Below, piece by piece: positions 1-9,875 of a stretch of DNA of 64,000 nt; within the stretch, counting starts at the first letter, position 1; every line of letters starts with the position of its first letter. The notes beneath the pieces are model-generated. The model ran no database searches, was not told the origin of the DNA, and saw only the letters and a program-made list of their open reading frames with translations. Source of the stretch: an uncultured delta proteobacterium (GTDB lineage Bacteria; Desulfobacterota; Desulfobacteria; Desulfobacterales; UBA2156); assembly GCA_963736855.1 (NCBI GenBank), contig CAVTQK010000021.1:576001-640000 (forward strand). The letters run 5' to 3'. The position numbers and the translations under genes were made by a program.

Positions 1-615
1 AAAAAAAATCGGGTAATGAATTCAAAAGAGAAAGAAATCGTATCTTTTCACGAGTCCGGGCATGCGATCGTGGCTGAATCTGTTGACCATGCCGACCCGG
101 TGCACAAAGTCTCCATTATTCCACGCGGGATTGCGGCTCTCGGATATACTCAACAGCGACCTACTGAGGACCGCTACTTGATGACTCGTTCGGAGCTGCT
201 GGACCGACTGGCCGTTCTGCTGGGTGGCCGGGTAGCGGAGGAACTGGTTTTTAATGAAATCTCCACCGGGGCTCAGAACGACCTGCAACGCGCTACGGAT
301 ATTGTACGATCCATGGTCACGGAATATGGCATGAGCGATCGTATGGGGTTAGTAACATATGAACGCACTCGCCAACCCATGTTCCTCCCGGGAAATTTTA
401 CCCAGAGTAATACCTACAGTGAAGAGAAAGCCGCCCAAATTGATGAGGAAATCGCTCGGTTCATCGAGGAGGCCCATCAACGGGTGAAAAAAATCCTCTC
501 GGAGCGGCGTAAGATCCTGGATGAGTTGGCACATCTCCTTTCGGAGAAGGAAAGCGTTCAGGGAGAGGAACTCAGAAAGATGTTGTCCGAATCCAAGCTC
601 GAAATAGTGAATTGA
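1..615 (+). CDS. ftsH: ATP-dependent zinc metalloprotease FtsH, C-terminal M41 protease domain (5'-partial)
   Basis: HESGH zinc motif, VHKVSIIPRGIAALGYT, LLGGRVAEE, STGAQNDL; frame is open from position 1. Confidence 0.95.
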   Translation, partial: KKNRVMNSKEKEIVSFHESGHAIVAESVDHADPVHKVSIIPRGIAALGYTQQRPTEDRYLMTRSELLDRLAVLLGGRVAEELVFNEISTGAQNDLQRATDIVRSMVTEYGMSDRMGLVTYERTRQPMFLPGNFTQSNTYSEEKAAQIDEEIARFIEEAHQRVKKILSERRKILDELAHLLSEKESVQGEELRKMLSESKLEIVN

Positions 616-944
616 TCATCCTGGAACAAACAGAACACTGAATGCTTTAACCGGATAGTTCGCGAGCTGAGTTGGCCTATCTTCTTTCACAGAAGGAAAT
701 TATTCAGTGGGATGCCCTCAGAGATCCGTCGCCCAAGCCTCCGTTCAAACTCTTGACTTGCCGTCTGGAATCAAGGGGTTTTAATGAAAAGTTCGATCCT
801 TCTTGGTGGTTCCCTCCACATCTGGAGGTTCCACCAAATATTGAGGCCAAACCAATCGAATCATCCTTCTCCACTTTCCACTCATGTTACTCTAATCCAT
901 TGTTATTAAAGAGTGATTCCAGCTTTATGGTTTTCACGGTCTTC

Positions 945-960
945 TGGCAAGCCATTTGCA
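945..960 (+). promoter_or_regulatory. Putative sigma54 (-24/-12) promoter
   Basis: TGGCAAGCCATTTGCA matches TGGCACG-N4-TTGCW with exact spacing, about 90 nt upstream of the small-protein cluster. Confidence 0.6.
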
Positions 961-1048
961 GTGATTACTTGCATGATCCTTGATACCAAGGGCCCAGAAG
1001 GTAAATTTATATGGAAAGACGAATTGAATCGTCAGAAAGGAGGCGAAC

Positions 1049-1198
1049 ATGCTTTGGACCATATTAGTGATTCTCTTAGTTTTGTGGCTTGCTGGATTAA
1101 TGAGCGGCTACACGTTGGGCGGAATCATTCATATCTTGCTGATCATTGCCGTCATCGTGTTGGTGGTCCAACTTATTCAGGGACGAAAAATATTGTAA
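1049..1198 (+). CDS. Small membrane protein, lmo0937/DUF5670-like (49 aa; not in ORF track)
   Basis: AAAGGAGG RBS; MLWTILVILLVLWLAGLMSGYTLGGIIHILLIIAVIVLVVQLIQGRKIL. Confidence 0.85.
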   Translation: MLWTILVILLVLWLAGLMSGYTLGGIIHILLIIAVIVLVVQLIQGRKIL

Positions 1199-1307
1199 CC
1201 GGTACATAATTCCGGATACACCCGCGGCATTTTAAAATACAAACTTTGCCTGAGGCCATCTTGGAGAAATCGAAACACATACTAAGTTAGAAAGGAGGCC
1301 AGTTGCC

Positions 1308-1442
1308 ATGCAAATGAGTCTATCGCCACAGCCGATAGTTTCCTTAATCGCGGGAATCTTGATTCTCCTTGTCCCGAGGCTGCTGAATTACATCGTTGCC
1401 ATCTATCTTATTATATTTGGCATCCTCGGATTGATTCGCTGA
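1308..1442 (+). CDS. Small membrane protein, DUF3096-like (44 aa; not in ORF track)
   Basis: AAAGGAGG RBS; MQMSLSPQPIVSLIAGILILLVPRLLNYIVAIYLIIFGILGLIR. Confidence 0.85.
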   Translation: MQMSLSPQPIVSLIAGILILLVPRLLNYIVAIYLIIFGILGLIR

Positions 1443-1512
1443 ATGGCGCGAGAATGTAGAAAAGGTCTTATAATCAACCAATTCACTACAAACCCAAAAA
1501 GGAGTAACCGCA

Positions 1513-1812
1513 ATGAAAAAGAGAAATGTCTTTATCCACTGTTTACTAGTTCTTATGCTGATCGGCACTCTTGCAGCCTGTGCATCGACATCCACCCGGG
1601 AAAGTACAGGGGAATACGTCGACGATTCGGTCATCACGACCAAGGTAAAATCTCTGCTTGCCGGAGATGATTTTCTCAAGTCATTCCAGATTGGTGTCGA
1701 AACTTACAAGGGCGTCGTTCAACTGAGCGGTTTTGTGAACACTAAAGAAGCCTCCAATAAAGCGGCTCAAATCGCCGGCGGCGTCAAAGGAGTCAAATCC
1801 GTTAAAGAATGA
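1513..1812 (+). CDS. BON-domain (OsmY-like) lipoprotein; the last codons appear frameshifted (expected end ...VKNDLVVK, stop at 1828)
   Basis: Lipobox LAAC; STGEYVDDSVITTKVK...VETYKGVVQLSGFV BON signature; one extra A in gttaaagaat. Confidence 0.9.
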   Translation: MKKRNVFIHCLLVLMLIGTLAACASTSTRESTGEYVDDSVITTKVKSLLAGDDFLKSFQIGVETYKGVVQLSGFVNTKEASNKAAQIAGGVKGVKSVKE

Positions 1813-2272
1813 TCTGGTCGTGAAATAGCGACCGGCATCCCTTACCGGATGGAATATGGCAAAACCTGTTCACCCAAAACCTGGATTTCAATGAGATTCG
1901 GTTTGGAGGAGAAATGCATAAAAATAAACAATTACAGAGAATCCGTCCGGTTCAGAACCCTCAGATCAAAAAATGATCGGGATAGGAGAGGGTTTGATTC
2001 CCCTCTCCTTCCCATGCTGGATATTGTATGGATTCTTAATCATTAAAGGAAAACATCGTACCCGTTTTGAAAAGATCTTGTCATCAATACGTGATTAATA
2101 GTAGAATCCCCGCCACAAAACCAAGTACTTGATCCGCAATGCCAGGATACCCGCGATGCTTCAGCCGTGCTGTGAAGCTGGTGTTTGAATTCCCACGCTT
2201 TGCGATCCAATCACCGGAAAGATATTTGTAAAAGATAAGTCAAGATGAAGCACTCATCACCCTTAGGGCCTC

Positions 2273-2301
2273 TTGACGCGATCTCTGCTCAAAGTTAGGA
2301 T
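2273..2301 (+). promoter_or_regulatory. Putative sigma70 promoter of ygiQ
   Basis: TTGACG-17 nt-TAGGAT. Confidence 0.4.
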
Positions 2302-2329
2302 GCCTTAATTATCAATTGCAGATAATGAT

Positions 2330-4078
2330 ATGGACCCTGTCACCCAACCCCCGAATTTTATCCCCACCCTGCCGCAGGAAGTCGCACTTGCCGGATGGGA
2401 TCGGCTGGATGTGATCCTGGTCAGTGGAGATACATATTTCGATTCGCCTTATATCGGCACGTCGGTTATCGCCCGGGTGCTTGCCCATGCGGGCTATCGC
2501 GTCGGCATCATCGCCCAGCCGGACGTCCGGAGTGAAGGGGACATCACCCGCCTGGGGCAACCCGCCCTTTTCTGGGGCGTCACCGCCGGCAGCGTGGACT
2601 CCATGGTCGCCAACTACACGGCCTCGGGTAGGCGGCGTAAGAGCGACGACCTGACCCCCGGGGGGCAAAACACCAAGCGTCCGGACCGCGCCGTGATCGC
2701 TTACAGCAATCTCATCCGGCGTTTTTTTAAAAACACGGTGCCCATTGTTTTAGGCGGCATCGAGGCCAGCCTGCGCCGCATCTCGCACTACGATGTTTGG
2801 TCCGATGCGGTGCGGCGCTCGATCCTGTTCGATGCCAAGGCCGATCTTCTGGTATACGGCATGGCTGAGCAGAGCATCCTGGAATTGGCAGAAAGGTTCA
2901 GGCTCAGGCAGGAGTTCCGCTCGATCCGGGGGATTTGCTACATCAGCCCTCAAATCCCTCCGATGGCGGCTGAATTCGACGGGCCGGACATCGAGCTTCC
3001 CGATTATCGCTCGGTATCCAAGGACAAAGCCGAGTTTATGCGCATGTTCGAGATCTTTTACGCAAACTCGGACCCGTTCACGGCCAAACGCCTCTTCCAG
3101 CGCCAGGACACCCGCTACCTGGTCCACAATCCGCCCCAGCCGCCCCTGTCGAGCGCCGCCCTGGACCGCATTTATGAACTGCCGTTTACCCGCGATGTGC
3201 ACCCTTTTTATCAAAAAGATGGCTGCGTAAAGGCTTTGGACACCATCCGCTTCAGTCTTACCACCCATCGCGGCTGCTACGGTGAATGCCGCTTTTGCGC
3301 CATCTCGGTCCATCAGGGCCGGCACATCGTTTCGCGCAGCGAGGATTCGCTTCTGCGTGAAGCGGCTGCTTTTACAGCCCATCCCGATTTTAAGGGTATC
3401 ATCGCCGATGTGGGCGGTCCCACAGCCAACATGTATGCCATCGTGTGCGGCCGCAAGCTCAGCCAAGGGGCCTGCGCAACCAAGGCTTGTCTTTTTCCCA
3501 AGGTTTGCAAACATCTTGCTGCGGATCACAGCCGCCAGATCGCTTTACTGAAAAAGCTGCGCAGTCTTCCAGGGGTACGCAAGGTCTTTGTCGCCTCCGG
3601 CATCCGCTATGATTTGATCCTGGCCGACGTCAAGGCCGGGGCGGCCTACCTGCAAGAACTGCTGCAGCACCACGTCTCGGGCCACCTCAAGATCGCCCCC
3701 GAGCACGTCCAGGACGCGGTGCTGAACCTGATGGGAAAACCCGACCGTAAGTCTCTGGAAACGTTCATGCGCCTTTTCGACCGGCTCAAGCCCAAGAAGG
3801 CCGGGAAGATCTTTCTGACCTATTATCTGATGGCCGCCCATCCGGGATGCACCCTGGCCGATATGCACGCGCTGAGAGCCTATGCCGTCGACAAGCTGCG
3901 CCTTTTGCCCGAGCAGGTGCAGATCTTTACGCCATCCCCCTCCACCTACGCCACCCTGATGTACTACACCGGGATCGATCCTTTCACGGGTGAGAAGATT
4001 TTCGTGGAAAGAGATCTGCGGCGCAAAGTAGAGCAAAAGGCCGTCATCACGGGCAAGCGGCGCCCGAAAGCGCAATAG
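2330..4078 (+). CDS. ygiQ: YgiQ/UPF0313 family radical SAM protein
   Basis: GWDRLDVILVSGDTY, GGIEASLRR, HRGCYGECRFC (CxxxCxxC), DVGGPTANMY, LKIAPEH, QVQIFTPSP. Confidence 0.93.
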   Translation: MDPVTQPPNFIPTLPQEVALAGWDRLDVILVSGDTYFDSPYIGTSVIARVLAHAGYRVGIIAQPDVRSEGDITRLGQPALFWGVTAGSVDSMVANYTASGRRRKSDDLTPGGQNTKRPDRAVIAYSNLIRRFFKNTVPIVLGGIEASLRRISHYDVWSDAVRRSILFDAKADLLVYGMAEQSILELAERFRLRQEFRSIRGICYISPQIPPMAAEFDGPDIELPDYRSVSKDKAEFMRMFEIFYANSDPFTAKRLFQRQDTRYLVHNPPQPPLSSAALDRIYELPFTRDVHPFYQKDGCVKALDTIRFSLTTHRGCYGECRFCAISVHQGRHIVSRSEDSLLREAAAFTAHPDFKGIIADVGGPTANMYAIVCGRKLSQGACATKACLFPKVCKHLAADHSRQIALLKKLRSLPGVRKVFVASGIRYDLILADVKAGAAYLQELLQHHVSGHLKIAPEHVQDAVLNLMGKPDRKSLETFMRLFDRLKPKKAGKIFLTYYLMAAHPGCTLADMHALRAYAVDKLRLLPEQVQIFTPSPSTYATLMYYTGIDPFTGEKIFVERDLRRKVEQKAVITGKRRPKAQ

Positions 4079-4170
4079 TCAAACAGCGCGGTACGGCGGC
4101 AAAGATTTCGTCTTCGACACCTCCGTTGCCCGTTTGCCTCGCCCGGTTTTTTCTTGATTTATCTCCATTT

Positions 4171-4222
4171 CTGTCGCCGAGCTGACGCCAAATGGTAACA
4201 ACCCTATTGCTACCCGAAACAT
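4171..4222 (+). promoter_or_regulatory. Candidate PHO-box-like direct repeats upstream of the phoU-pst operon
   Basis: GTCGC (4173), GACGC (4184) and GTAAC (4195) at 11-nt spacing, then GAAAC at 4216. Confidence 0.4.
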
Positions 4223-4369
4223 TTCCTGCTAATTGCACAGTCGATTGTGTTCACGGACGCGGACCGGGATGGCCGCCGGCACCATCGGGATTTCATCCCG
4301 GAATGGATCCATTAGGATGCATCGGCCGGTGATTCTGCGGCTATGCGCGGCTTGGAACGGAGGTGGGAG

Positions 4370-5485
4370 ATGCCGTCTCGCTTTGATGAGAGCTTAAAAA
4401 GGGATATTGAACGGATTCGTCTGGCGGTCATCAGAATGGGAACACTCGTAGAGGGTGCGCTCAGGGCGAGTCTGCACACGCTGACCGAGAATGATCGTCA
4501 ACTCGCCTATTCGGTCATCTTTCGAGATCACTATATCGACGACCTCGAGATGGAGCTGGACCGTCTGTGTCAGGAGTTTCTGCTGCGCCAACAGCCGGCA
4601 GCAGGGCATTTGCGCTTTGTCTATGCCGTCATCAAGATCAACAACGAATTGGAGCGCGTCGGCGACTATGCCGAGAGCATCGCACGTCACTTCCTTGCAC
4701 TCAGTTCCCTGGATCCACAGCCTTCTTTTCAGACCATTGAAGAGATTGCTCATCAGTCCATTCCGATGTTTCGTAATGCGCTTCAGGCCTTTGCGGATAG
4801 GGATCCGCAACTGGCCAAGGCGACGATGGAAATGGAGGAAAAGGTTGACAATATCCGCTGGGTGATCACGAACCAGATGAACGCTCTTCTGGAGGGATGC
4901 AAACTGCCGTCCGAGACCTTCCAATCCCTCATGATTATCGCCAATCGGTTTGAGCGTGTGGCTGATCGGGCATGCAATATTTGCGAGGAAGTGCTGTATA
5001 TGTGTACGGGCGAGAACATCAAACACAAAGACAAAGATGCCTTTCGCGTGCTGTTTGTGGACGAACACGACGCCTGCCGGGGGCAGATGGCCAAAGGGAT
5101 AGGGATATCCCTGGGATTGGAAAGGTTCAGATTTGAAAGCGCCGGAATCTCGCCAAAACCCTTGGACCCCAGGGCCGTGAGTTTTATGGCTGAAAAAGGT
5201 ATCGACATTTCCCAGGCAAGAACCAGATACCTTAACCAGGTTGCGAATTTAAAAGATTATCACATCTTTGTCGGTCTTTGCAAAGAAGCGGAAGAGGCCT
5301 TCCCACCGCCGCCGACAAAGATGATCGATGTCCATTGGGAGATAGAGAACCCTTCTAAGCTTATAGGAACGGAGGAAGAGATTCGGGCTGCCTACGAAAA
5401 GACTTATGAGGTTTTGGAATCTCACATCAAAGACCTTGTCGAAGCGATCATCGGGAAAAACATCGGGAAGGAGGAAAACGCATAA
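4370..5485 (+). CDS. phoU: PhoU fused to a C-terminal low-molecular-weight phosphatase/ArsC-like domain
   Basis: Two PhoU repeats (ELERVGDYAESIA, FERVADRACNICE), then RVLFVDEHDACRGQMA...ESAG...MAEKGIDIS...HWEIENP; GGAGG RBS before ATG 4370. Confidence 0.9.
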   Translation: MPSRFDESLKRDIERIRLAVIRMGTLVEGALRASLHTLTENDRQLAYSVIFRDHYIDDLEMELDRLCQEFLLRQQPAAGHLRFVYAVIKINNELERVGDYAESIARHFLALSSLDPQPSFQTIEEIAHQSIPMFRNALQAFADRDPQLAKATMEMEEKVDNIRWVITNQMNALLEGCKLPSETFQSLMIIANRFERVADRACNICEEVLYMCTGENIKHKDKDAFRVLFVDEHDACRGQMAKGIGISLGLERFRFESAGISPKPLDPRAVSFMAEKGIDISQARTRYLNQVANLKDYHIFVGLCKEAEEAFPPPPTKMIDVHWEIENPSKLIGTEEEIRAAYEKTYEVLESHIKDLVEAIIGKNIGKEENA

Positions 5486-6423
5486 TGCGGCATCATAAAA
5501 AAACCATAACGACCTTGCAGGCGGTCATATCGGTCACGGTCCTTTTCTGCTCGTTCCTGACCGGATGTTCCGAAAAAAGCAAAGAACCGGGCAAGCCTTC
5601 TACCGGAAGGTTCGTGATTCAGAACGCCGGGTCCGATACCATGGTCAATGTAGCCCAGGCTTGGGCGGAAGAGTATGCAAAACTTGAGCCCTCCGTCTCA
5701 GTGGAGGTCTCTGGAGGAGGATCGGGGACCGGGATAGCGGCGTTGATCAACGGGACGGTGGACATCGCCAATTGCAGCCGGCGGATGAAGCAGGAGGAAA
5801 TCGACAGGGCAAGACAGAATACCGGCAAGGAACCGAAAGAATTTGTAGTCGGCCATGACGCACTTGCCATCTATGTTCACAAAGACAATCCGCTTAATGA
5901 AATTACTCTCGAGCAACTGGCAAAAATCTACGGCAAGGGTGGAAAAATCGAAAAGTGGTCACAACTCGGCATTGCAAACCCTAAATGCAAAAACGATGAG
6001 ATTATCCGTATCAGCCGGCAGTCCAACTCCGGGACGTACCACTATTTTCGCGACGCATTGCTGGGAGACCAAGGGGATTTCAAGTTGGGATCGAGAGACC
6101 TTCATGGGTCCAAAGACGTCGTGGAATTGGTGGAACGAACGCCCTGTGCCATCGGCTACAGCGGAATGGGATACGCCACGGAACGCGTTAAAAAGCTCAA
6201 GGTGGCTAAAAAAGCCGGGGATCCTGTGTATGAGCCTATCGTCGAGACCACGCTTAACGGCACCTATCCCATTGCCCGGCCGCTCTTGATGTATTCGCTG
6301 GGTGAACCCGCGGGAGAAGTCAAAAAGTATCTCGATTGGATATATTCCGAAACCGGTCAGAAAATAGTTGGAGAGACGGGATACGTGCCGCTTCCCAAAC
6401 CACAAGGTTCCACAGGCAAATAG
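5485..6423 (+). CDS. pstS: Phosphate ABC transporter substrate-binding lipoprotein
   Basis: Lipobox LTGC; GSDTM, GGGSGTGIAAL, SRQSNSGT, YPIARPL. Confidence 0.95.
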   Translation: MRHHKKTITTLQAVISVTVLFCSFLTGCSEKSKEPGKPSTGRFVIQNAGSDTMVNVAQAWAEEYAKLEPSVSVEVSGGGSGTGIAALINGTVDIANCSRRMKQEEIDRARQNTGKEPKEFVVGHDALAIYVHKDNPLNEITLEQLAKIYGKGGKIEKWSQLGIANPKCKNDEIIRISRQSNSGTYHYFRDALLGDQGDFKLGSRDLHGSKDVVELVERTPCAIGYSGMGYATERVKKLKVAKKAGDPVYEPIVETTLNGTYPIARPLLMYSLGEPAGEVKKYLDWIYSETGQKIVGETGYVPLPKPQGSTGK

Positions 6424-6444
6424 GCTCCCGGAGAATCCTCATAG

Positions 6445-7338
6445 ATGAGTCTTCGACATCGCCTGGACACAGCCACCGAGCCTGTCATTGAAAGAATCAT
6501 TCAGCTTTGTGGGATCAGTGCCATTGTCTTTGTTTTTGGTATCTTTTTTTTCGTATTTCGGGAGGGTTCGGATCTGCTCTTTCGGGGCTTCGATCTCGTC
6601 GAATTTTTAACGAGCCCGCAATGGTATCCCGATTCGGTCGGACACAAGCGTTACGGTGCGCTGGCTCTCATCGCGGGAACGACCAGCGTGACTTTACTGG
6701 CTATGGCCATTGCAGTCCCCTTCGGCCTCGGGGCAGCTATCTTTATCTCAGAATTCTGCAGTCCCAAGCTCAGAGAGACATTCAAGATCGTCATCGAACT
6801 GCTCGCCGCCATTCCTTCGGTTGTCTGGGGATTTATCGGGCTGACTTTGATGAACGAGCTGATCATTACCCTTTTTGATGCACCCATAGGGCTTACGGTC
6901 CTAAACGGCGGCGTCATTCTTGCGCTCATGAGCGTACCTGTCATCGTGTCTATAGGCGAAGATTCCCTCAAGGCGGTCCCTGATTCCTATCGCGAAGCAG
7001 CCGAAGCCCTCGGCGCAACGCGCTGGCAGATCATTTACCGGGTCCTCCTGCCTTCGGCCAAGAATGGGTTGCTGGCCGCCGTCCTGCTGGGAGTCGCTCG
7101 CGGAATCGGAGAAACCATGGCAGTACTCATGGCCACCGGCCATGCCGTCAAGATCCCACACAGCGTGCTTGATTCGGTCAGAACCCTGACGGCAACGATT
7201 GCTGCCGAACTGGGTGAGGCCCCGGTGCATTCAGACCACTACCAGGTATTGTTTCTGATTGGAGTCTTGCTTTTTACCATCAGCTTCTTCGTTAATCTTG
7301 CCGCCGATTTGATCATAAAAGGAATTAAACGCAAATAG
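6445..7338 (+). CDS. pstC: Phosphate ABC transporter permease
   Basis: IELLAAIPSVVWG, EAA loop REAAEALGAT, ARGIGETMAVLM. Confidence 0.95.
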   Translation: MSLRHRLDTATEPVIERIIQLCGISAIVFVFGIFFFVFREGSDLLFRGFDLVEFLTSPQWYPDSVGHKRYGALALIAGTTSVTLLAMAIAVPFGLGAAIFISEFCSPKLRETFKIVIELLAAIPSVVWGFIGLTLMNELIITLFDAPIGLTVLNGGVILALMSVPVIVSIGEDSLKAVPDSYREAAEALGATRWQIIYRVLLPSAKNGLLAAVLLGVARGIGETMAVLMATGHAVKIPHSVLDSVRTLTATIAAELGEAPVHSDHYQVLFLIGVLLFTISFFVNLAADLIIKGIKRK

Positions 7339-7350
7339 GGTACAAGGAGG

Positions 7351-8331
7351 ATGAAGGGACAGGCCGTGGCCACCAACGAGTCGAATCCTGCAAGTCTTGG
7401 TGCAAACCCCGGGTTATCAGCAACCCCAGGTTACGGAAGCCGGGACCTGTTTACAGAGACGCCCTTTGTGCGCAAAAAAAGGCGTATAGAGTACCTGGTC
7501 GGGGCACTCTTTCTTTTGATGACCCTTCTGATGGTTGTTCCTCTTATTTTTATCATCTGTTACCTCTTCTACAGAGCCGCCCCGGCCTTATCTATTGACT
7601 TCCTATTCTCCGCTCCCACATCAGGCATGCGTGGCGGCGGCATCTGGCCTGCATTGTTGGGTACGCTCTATCTGGTTATCCTTTCTCTGCTTGTTTCCGC
7701 CCCGATTGGAGTACTGGCGGCTGTATACCTGAATGAGTATTCGCGAGACAACTGGTTGACGCGTATCATCAACCTGGCCGTGGTGAATCTCGCCGGAGTC
7801 CCCAGCATTGTTCATGCCCTGTTTGGCGTGGGCGCTTTTGTCCTGTTTGCAAGAATGGGCCGCTCAATCCTCGCAGCATCGCTCACCCTGGCGATCATGA
7901 CCCTTCCGGTCATCATTGCGGCGACTAAAGAAGCCCTTTCCGCCGTACCCATGGCTTTTCGAGAGGCGTGCTGGAACGTGGGTGCATCGCGCTGGCAGAC
8001 CATCCGTGGAATTGTACTGCCTAATTCGATAAGCGGTATCTTGACCGGCATCATCCTGCAGGTGTCGCGGGCCGCCGGTGAGACCGCCCCCATTATGTTT
8101 ACCGGCGCGGTGTTCTACAAGGCCATATCCGAAGGAGACATCTTTGCATACGGCCTGTTTGACCAGTGCATGGCCCTTTCCATGCACCTTTTTACCATAT
8201 CCACCCAGGTCCCCAATGTGCCTGAGGCGATAACGTACGGGACCGCGGTCGTGCTGCTCGGCACTGTCTTGCTGGTGAATATGCTGGCGATTGTCTTTCG
8301 CGTATACCTGCGTTCCCGAAAAAAGTGGTAG
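7351..8331 (+). CDS. pstA: Phosphate ABC transporter permease
   Basis: GGIWPALLGT, NLAGVPSIV, RAAGETAPI; AAGGAGG RBS. Confidence 0.95.
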   Translation: MKGQAVATNESNPASLGANPGLSATPGYGSRDLFTETPFVRKKRRIEYLVGALFLLMTLLMVVPLIFIICYLFYRAAPALSIDFLFSAPTSGMRGGGIWPALLGTLYLVILSLLVSAPIGVLAAVYLNEYSRDNWLTRIINLAVVNLAGVPSIVHALFGVGAFVLFARMGRSILAASLTLAIMTLPVIIAATKEALSAVPMAFREACWNVGASRWQTIRGIVLPNSISGILTGIILQVSRAAGETAPIMFTGAVFYKAISEGDIFAYGLFDQCMALSMHLFTISTQVPNVPEAITYGTAVVLLGTVLLVNMLAIVFRVYLRSRKKW

Positions 8332-8337
8332 GCATTT

Positions 8338-9102
8338 GTGGAAATGTTAAAGAAGAAGATCGAGATTTCGAACTTGAGGGTCGGATACGGCAACGAGCAA
8401 GCGCTCAAAGGGATCTCCCTTGACGTCTACGAGAACGAGATCCTCGCGATCATCGGGCCGGCGCAGTCTGGAAAGACGACCCTGCTGAAGGTCATCAACC
8501 GTACCGTAGAATTCATCCCCGGGGTTCGGGTTGAGGGTTCGGTGAAGATCGACGGGCAGGACGTGCTCGATGTCAAGAACGTTTATGAACTGCGCCGCAA
8601 GATCGGGATGGTATTTCCACTCCCCGTCGGCTTGCCGTTGTCTATATATGATAATGTGGCCTTCGCACCTCGGGCTGCCGGTGTTTACGACTCTACTAAG
8701 CTCGATGAGCTTGTCGAGCGTTGCTTGAAGCAGGCGGCCCTTTGGGAGGAAGTCAAAGATCGCCTGAGCAGTCTGGGCACCAGGCTATCCGGGGGACAGC
8801 AACAACGACTCACCATCGCCCGGGCCCTGTCTCATCAACCGGAGATCCTGTGCCTGGACGAGTTTTCCATCGCGGTCGACCCGGTGACGACCATGCGCAT
8901 CGAGGACGTTTTGAGAGAACTGCGCTCGCAGGTCACTATTATTCTGGTTACCAACCTCGTGCAGCAGGCCCGGCGTCTGGCAGACCGCACCGCCTTTCTC
9001 TTTAATGGCGAACTCATCGAGATCGACTCAAATGACATTATTTTTTCGAACTCCCCCGCCAACAGAGTGACTTATGACTATGTGATGGGGAATTTCGGAT
9101 GA
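8338..9102 (+). CDS. pstB: Phosphate ABC transporter ATPase, copy 1
   Basis: Walker A GPAQSGKT, signature LSGGQQQR, Walker B LCLDE; H-loop reads VTN. Confidence 0.92.
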   Translation: MEMLKKKIEISNLRVGYGNEQALKGISLDVYENEILAIIGPAQSGKTTLLKVINRTVEFIPGVRVEGSVKIDGQDVLDVKNVYELRRKIGMVFPLPVGLPLSIYDNVAFAPRAAGVYDSTKLDELVERCLKQAALWEEVKDRLSSLGTRLSGGQQQRLTIARALSHQPEILCLDEFSIAVDPVTTMRIEDVLRELRSQVTIILVTNLVQQARRLADRTAFLFNGELIEIDSNDIIFSNSPANRVTYDYVMGNFG

Positions 9103-9875
9103 TTGCGCCTGCAAAGTTCAGTATTGAAACCGAGAAACTCAACCTCTGGTACGGCGATTTCCAGGCGTTGATGAATGTGAGCGTCAAAATGAAGGACGGC
9201 CTGATTACCGGCCTCATTGGGCCCTCGGGCTGCGGTAAGACCACCTTGCTGCGCTGTTTCAACCGTGTGAACGAACGGTATGGCAATGTCACGACAACAG
9301 GGCAGATCAAGATCCTCGGAAAGAACATATACGATCCGGACGTCTCACTGCCGGAGATGCGCAAAGCGGTCGGCATGGTGTTTCAGCGCCCCAATCCATT
9401 GCCGATTTCCGTGTACGAAAATATCGTGTTCGGATTGAGAATACACTCGGAGCGGGCGTCCCTAAAGAAATCAGCTGCGGATGAGATCGTAGAGAAATCG
9501 CTGACGGAAGTTTTTCTTTGGGACGACCTGAAAGACAAGCTCAAGAAGAAAGCCACTGCGTTGCAACTTGAACAGCAGCAGAAGCTGTGTATCGCCCGTC
9601 TCCTGCCTTTAAAGCCGCAAGTTATTCTGATGGACGAACCGTGCTCCTCATTGGACGCCGAATCGACCCGGGCTATTGAAGAGATGATGTTGAATCTGGC
9701 GGGACGTTACACTATGGTGATCGTAACGCACAACATGGCGCAGGCTCGGCGTGTCAGTGATGAGTGTATTTTTATGTTGATGGGAGAAGTCATCGAGCAA
9801 AGGCGTACCCAGAGCCTTTTCTTGACTCCCAGAGATTCGAGAACTGCGGACTATATCGAAGGACGGTACGGCTGA
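9099..9875 (+). CDS. pstB: Phosphate ABC transporter ATPase, copy 2
   Basis: Walker A GPSGCGKT, GMVFQRPNP, degenerate signature LQLEQQQK, LMDEP, VTHNM, C-terminal YIEGRYG. Confidence 0.92.
   Translation: MIAPAKFSIETEKLNLWYGDFQALMNVSVKMKDGLITGLIGPSGCGKTTLLRCFNRVNERYGNVTTTGQIKILGKNIYDPDVSLPEMRKAVGMVFQRPNPLPISVYENIVFGLRIHSERASLKKSAADEIVEKSLTEVFLWDDLKDKLKKKATALQLEQQQKLCIARLLPLKPQVILMDEPCSSLDAESTRAIEEMMLNLAGRYTMVIVTHNMAQARRVSDECIFMLMGEVIEQRRTQSLFLTPRDSRTADYIEGRYG

Noticed and set aside
1983..2013. Hairpin AGGAGAGGG-TTTGATTC-CCCTCTCCT resembling a tRNA T-arm or att remnant
   Set aside because: No cloverleaf, no TTCG loop consensus and no integrase nearby; it is just a stem-loop.
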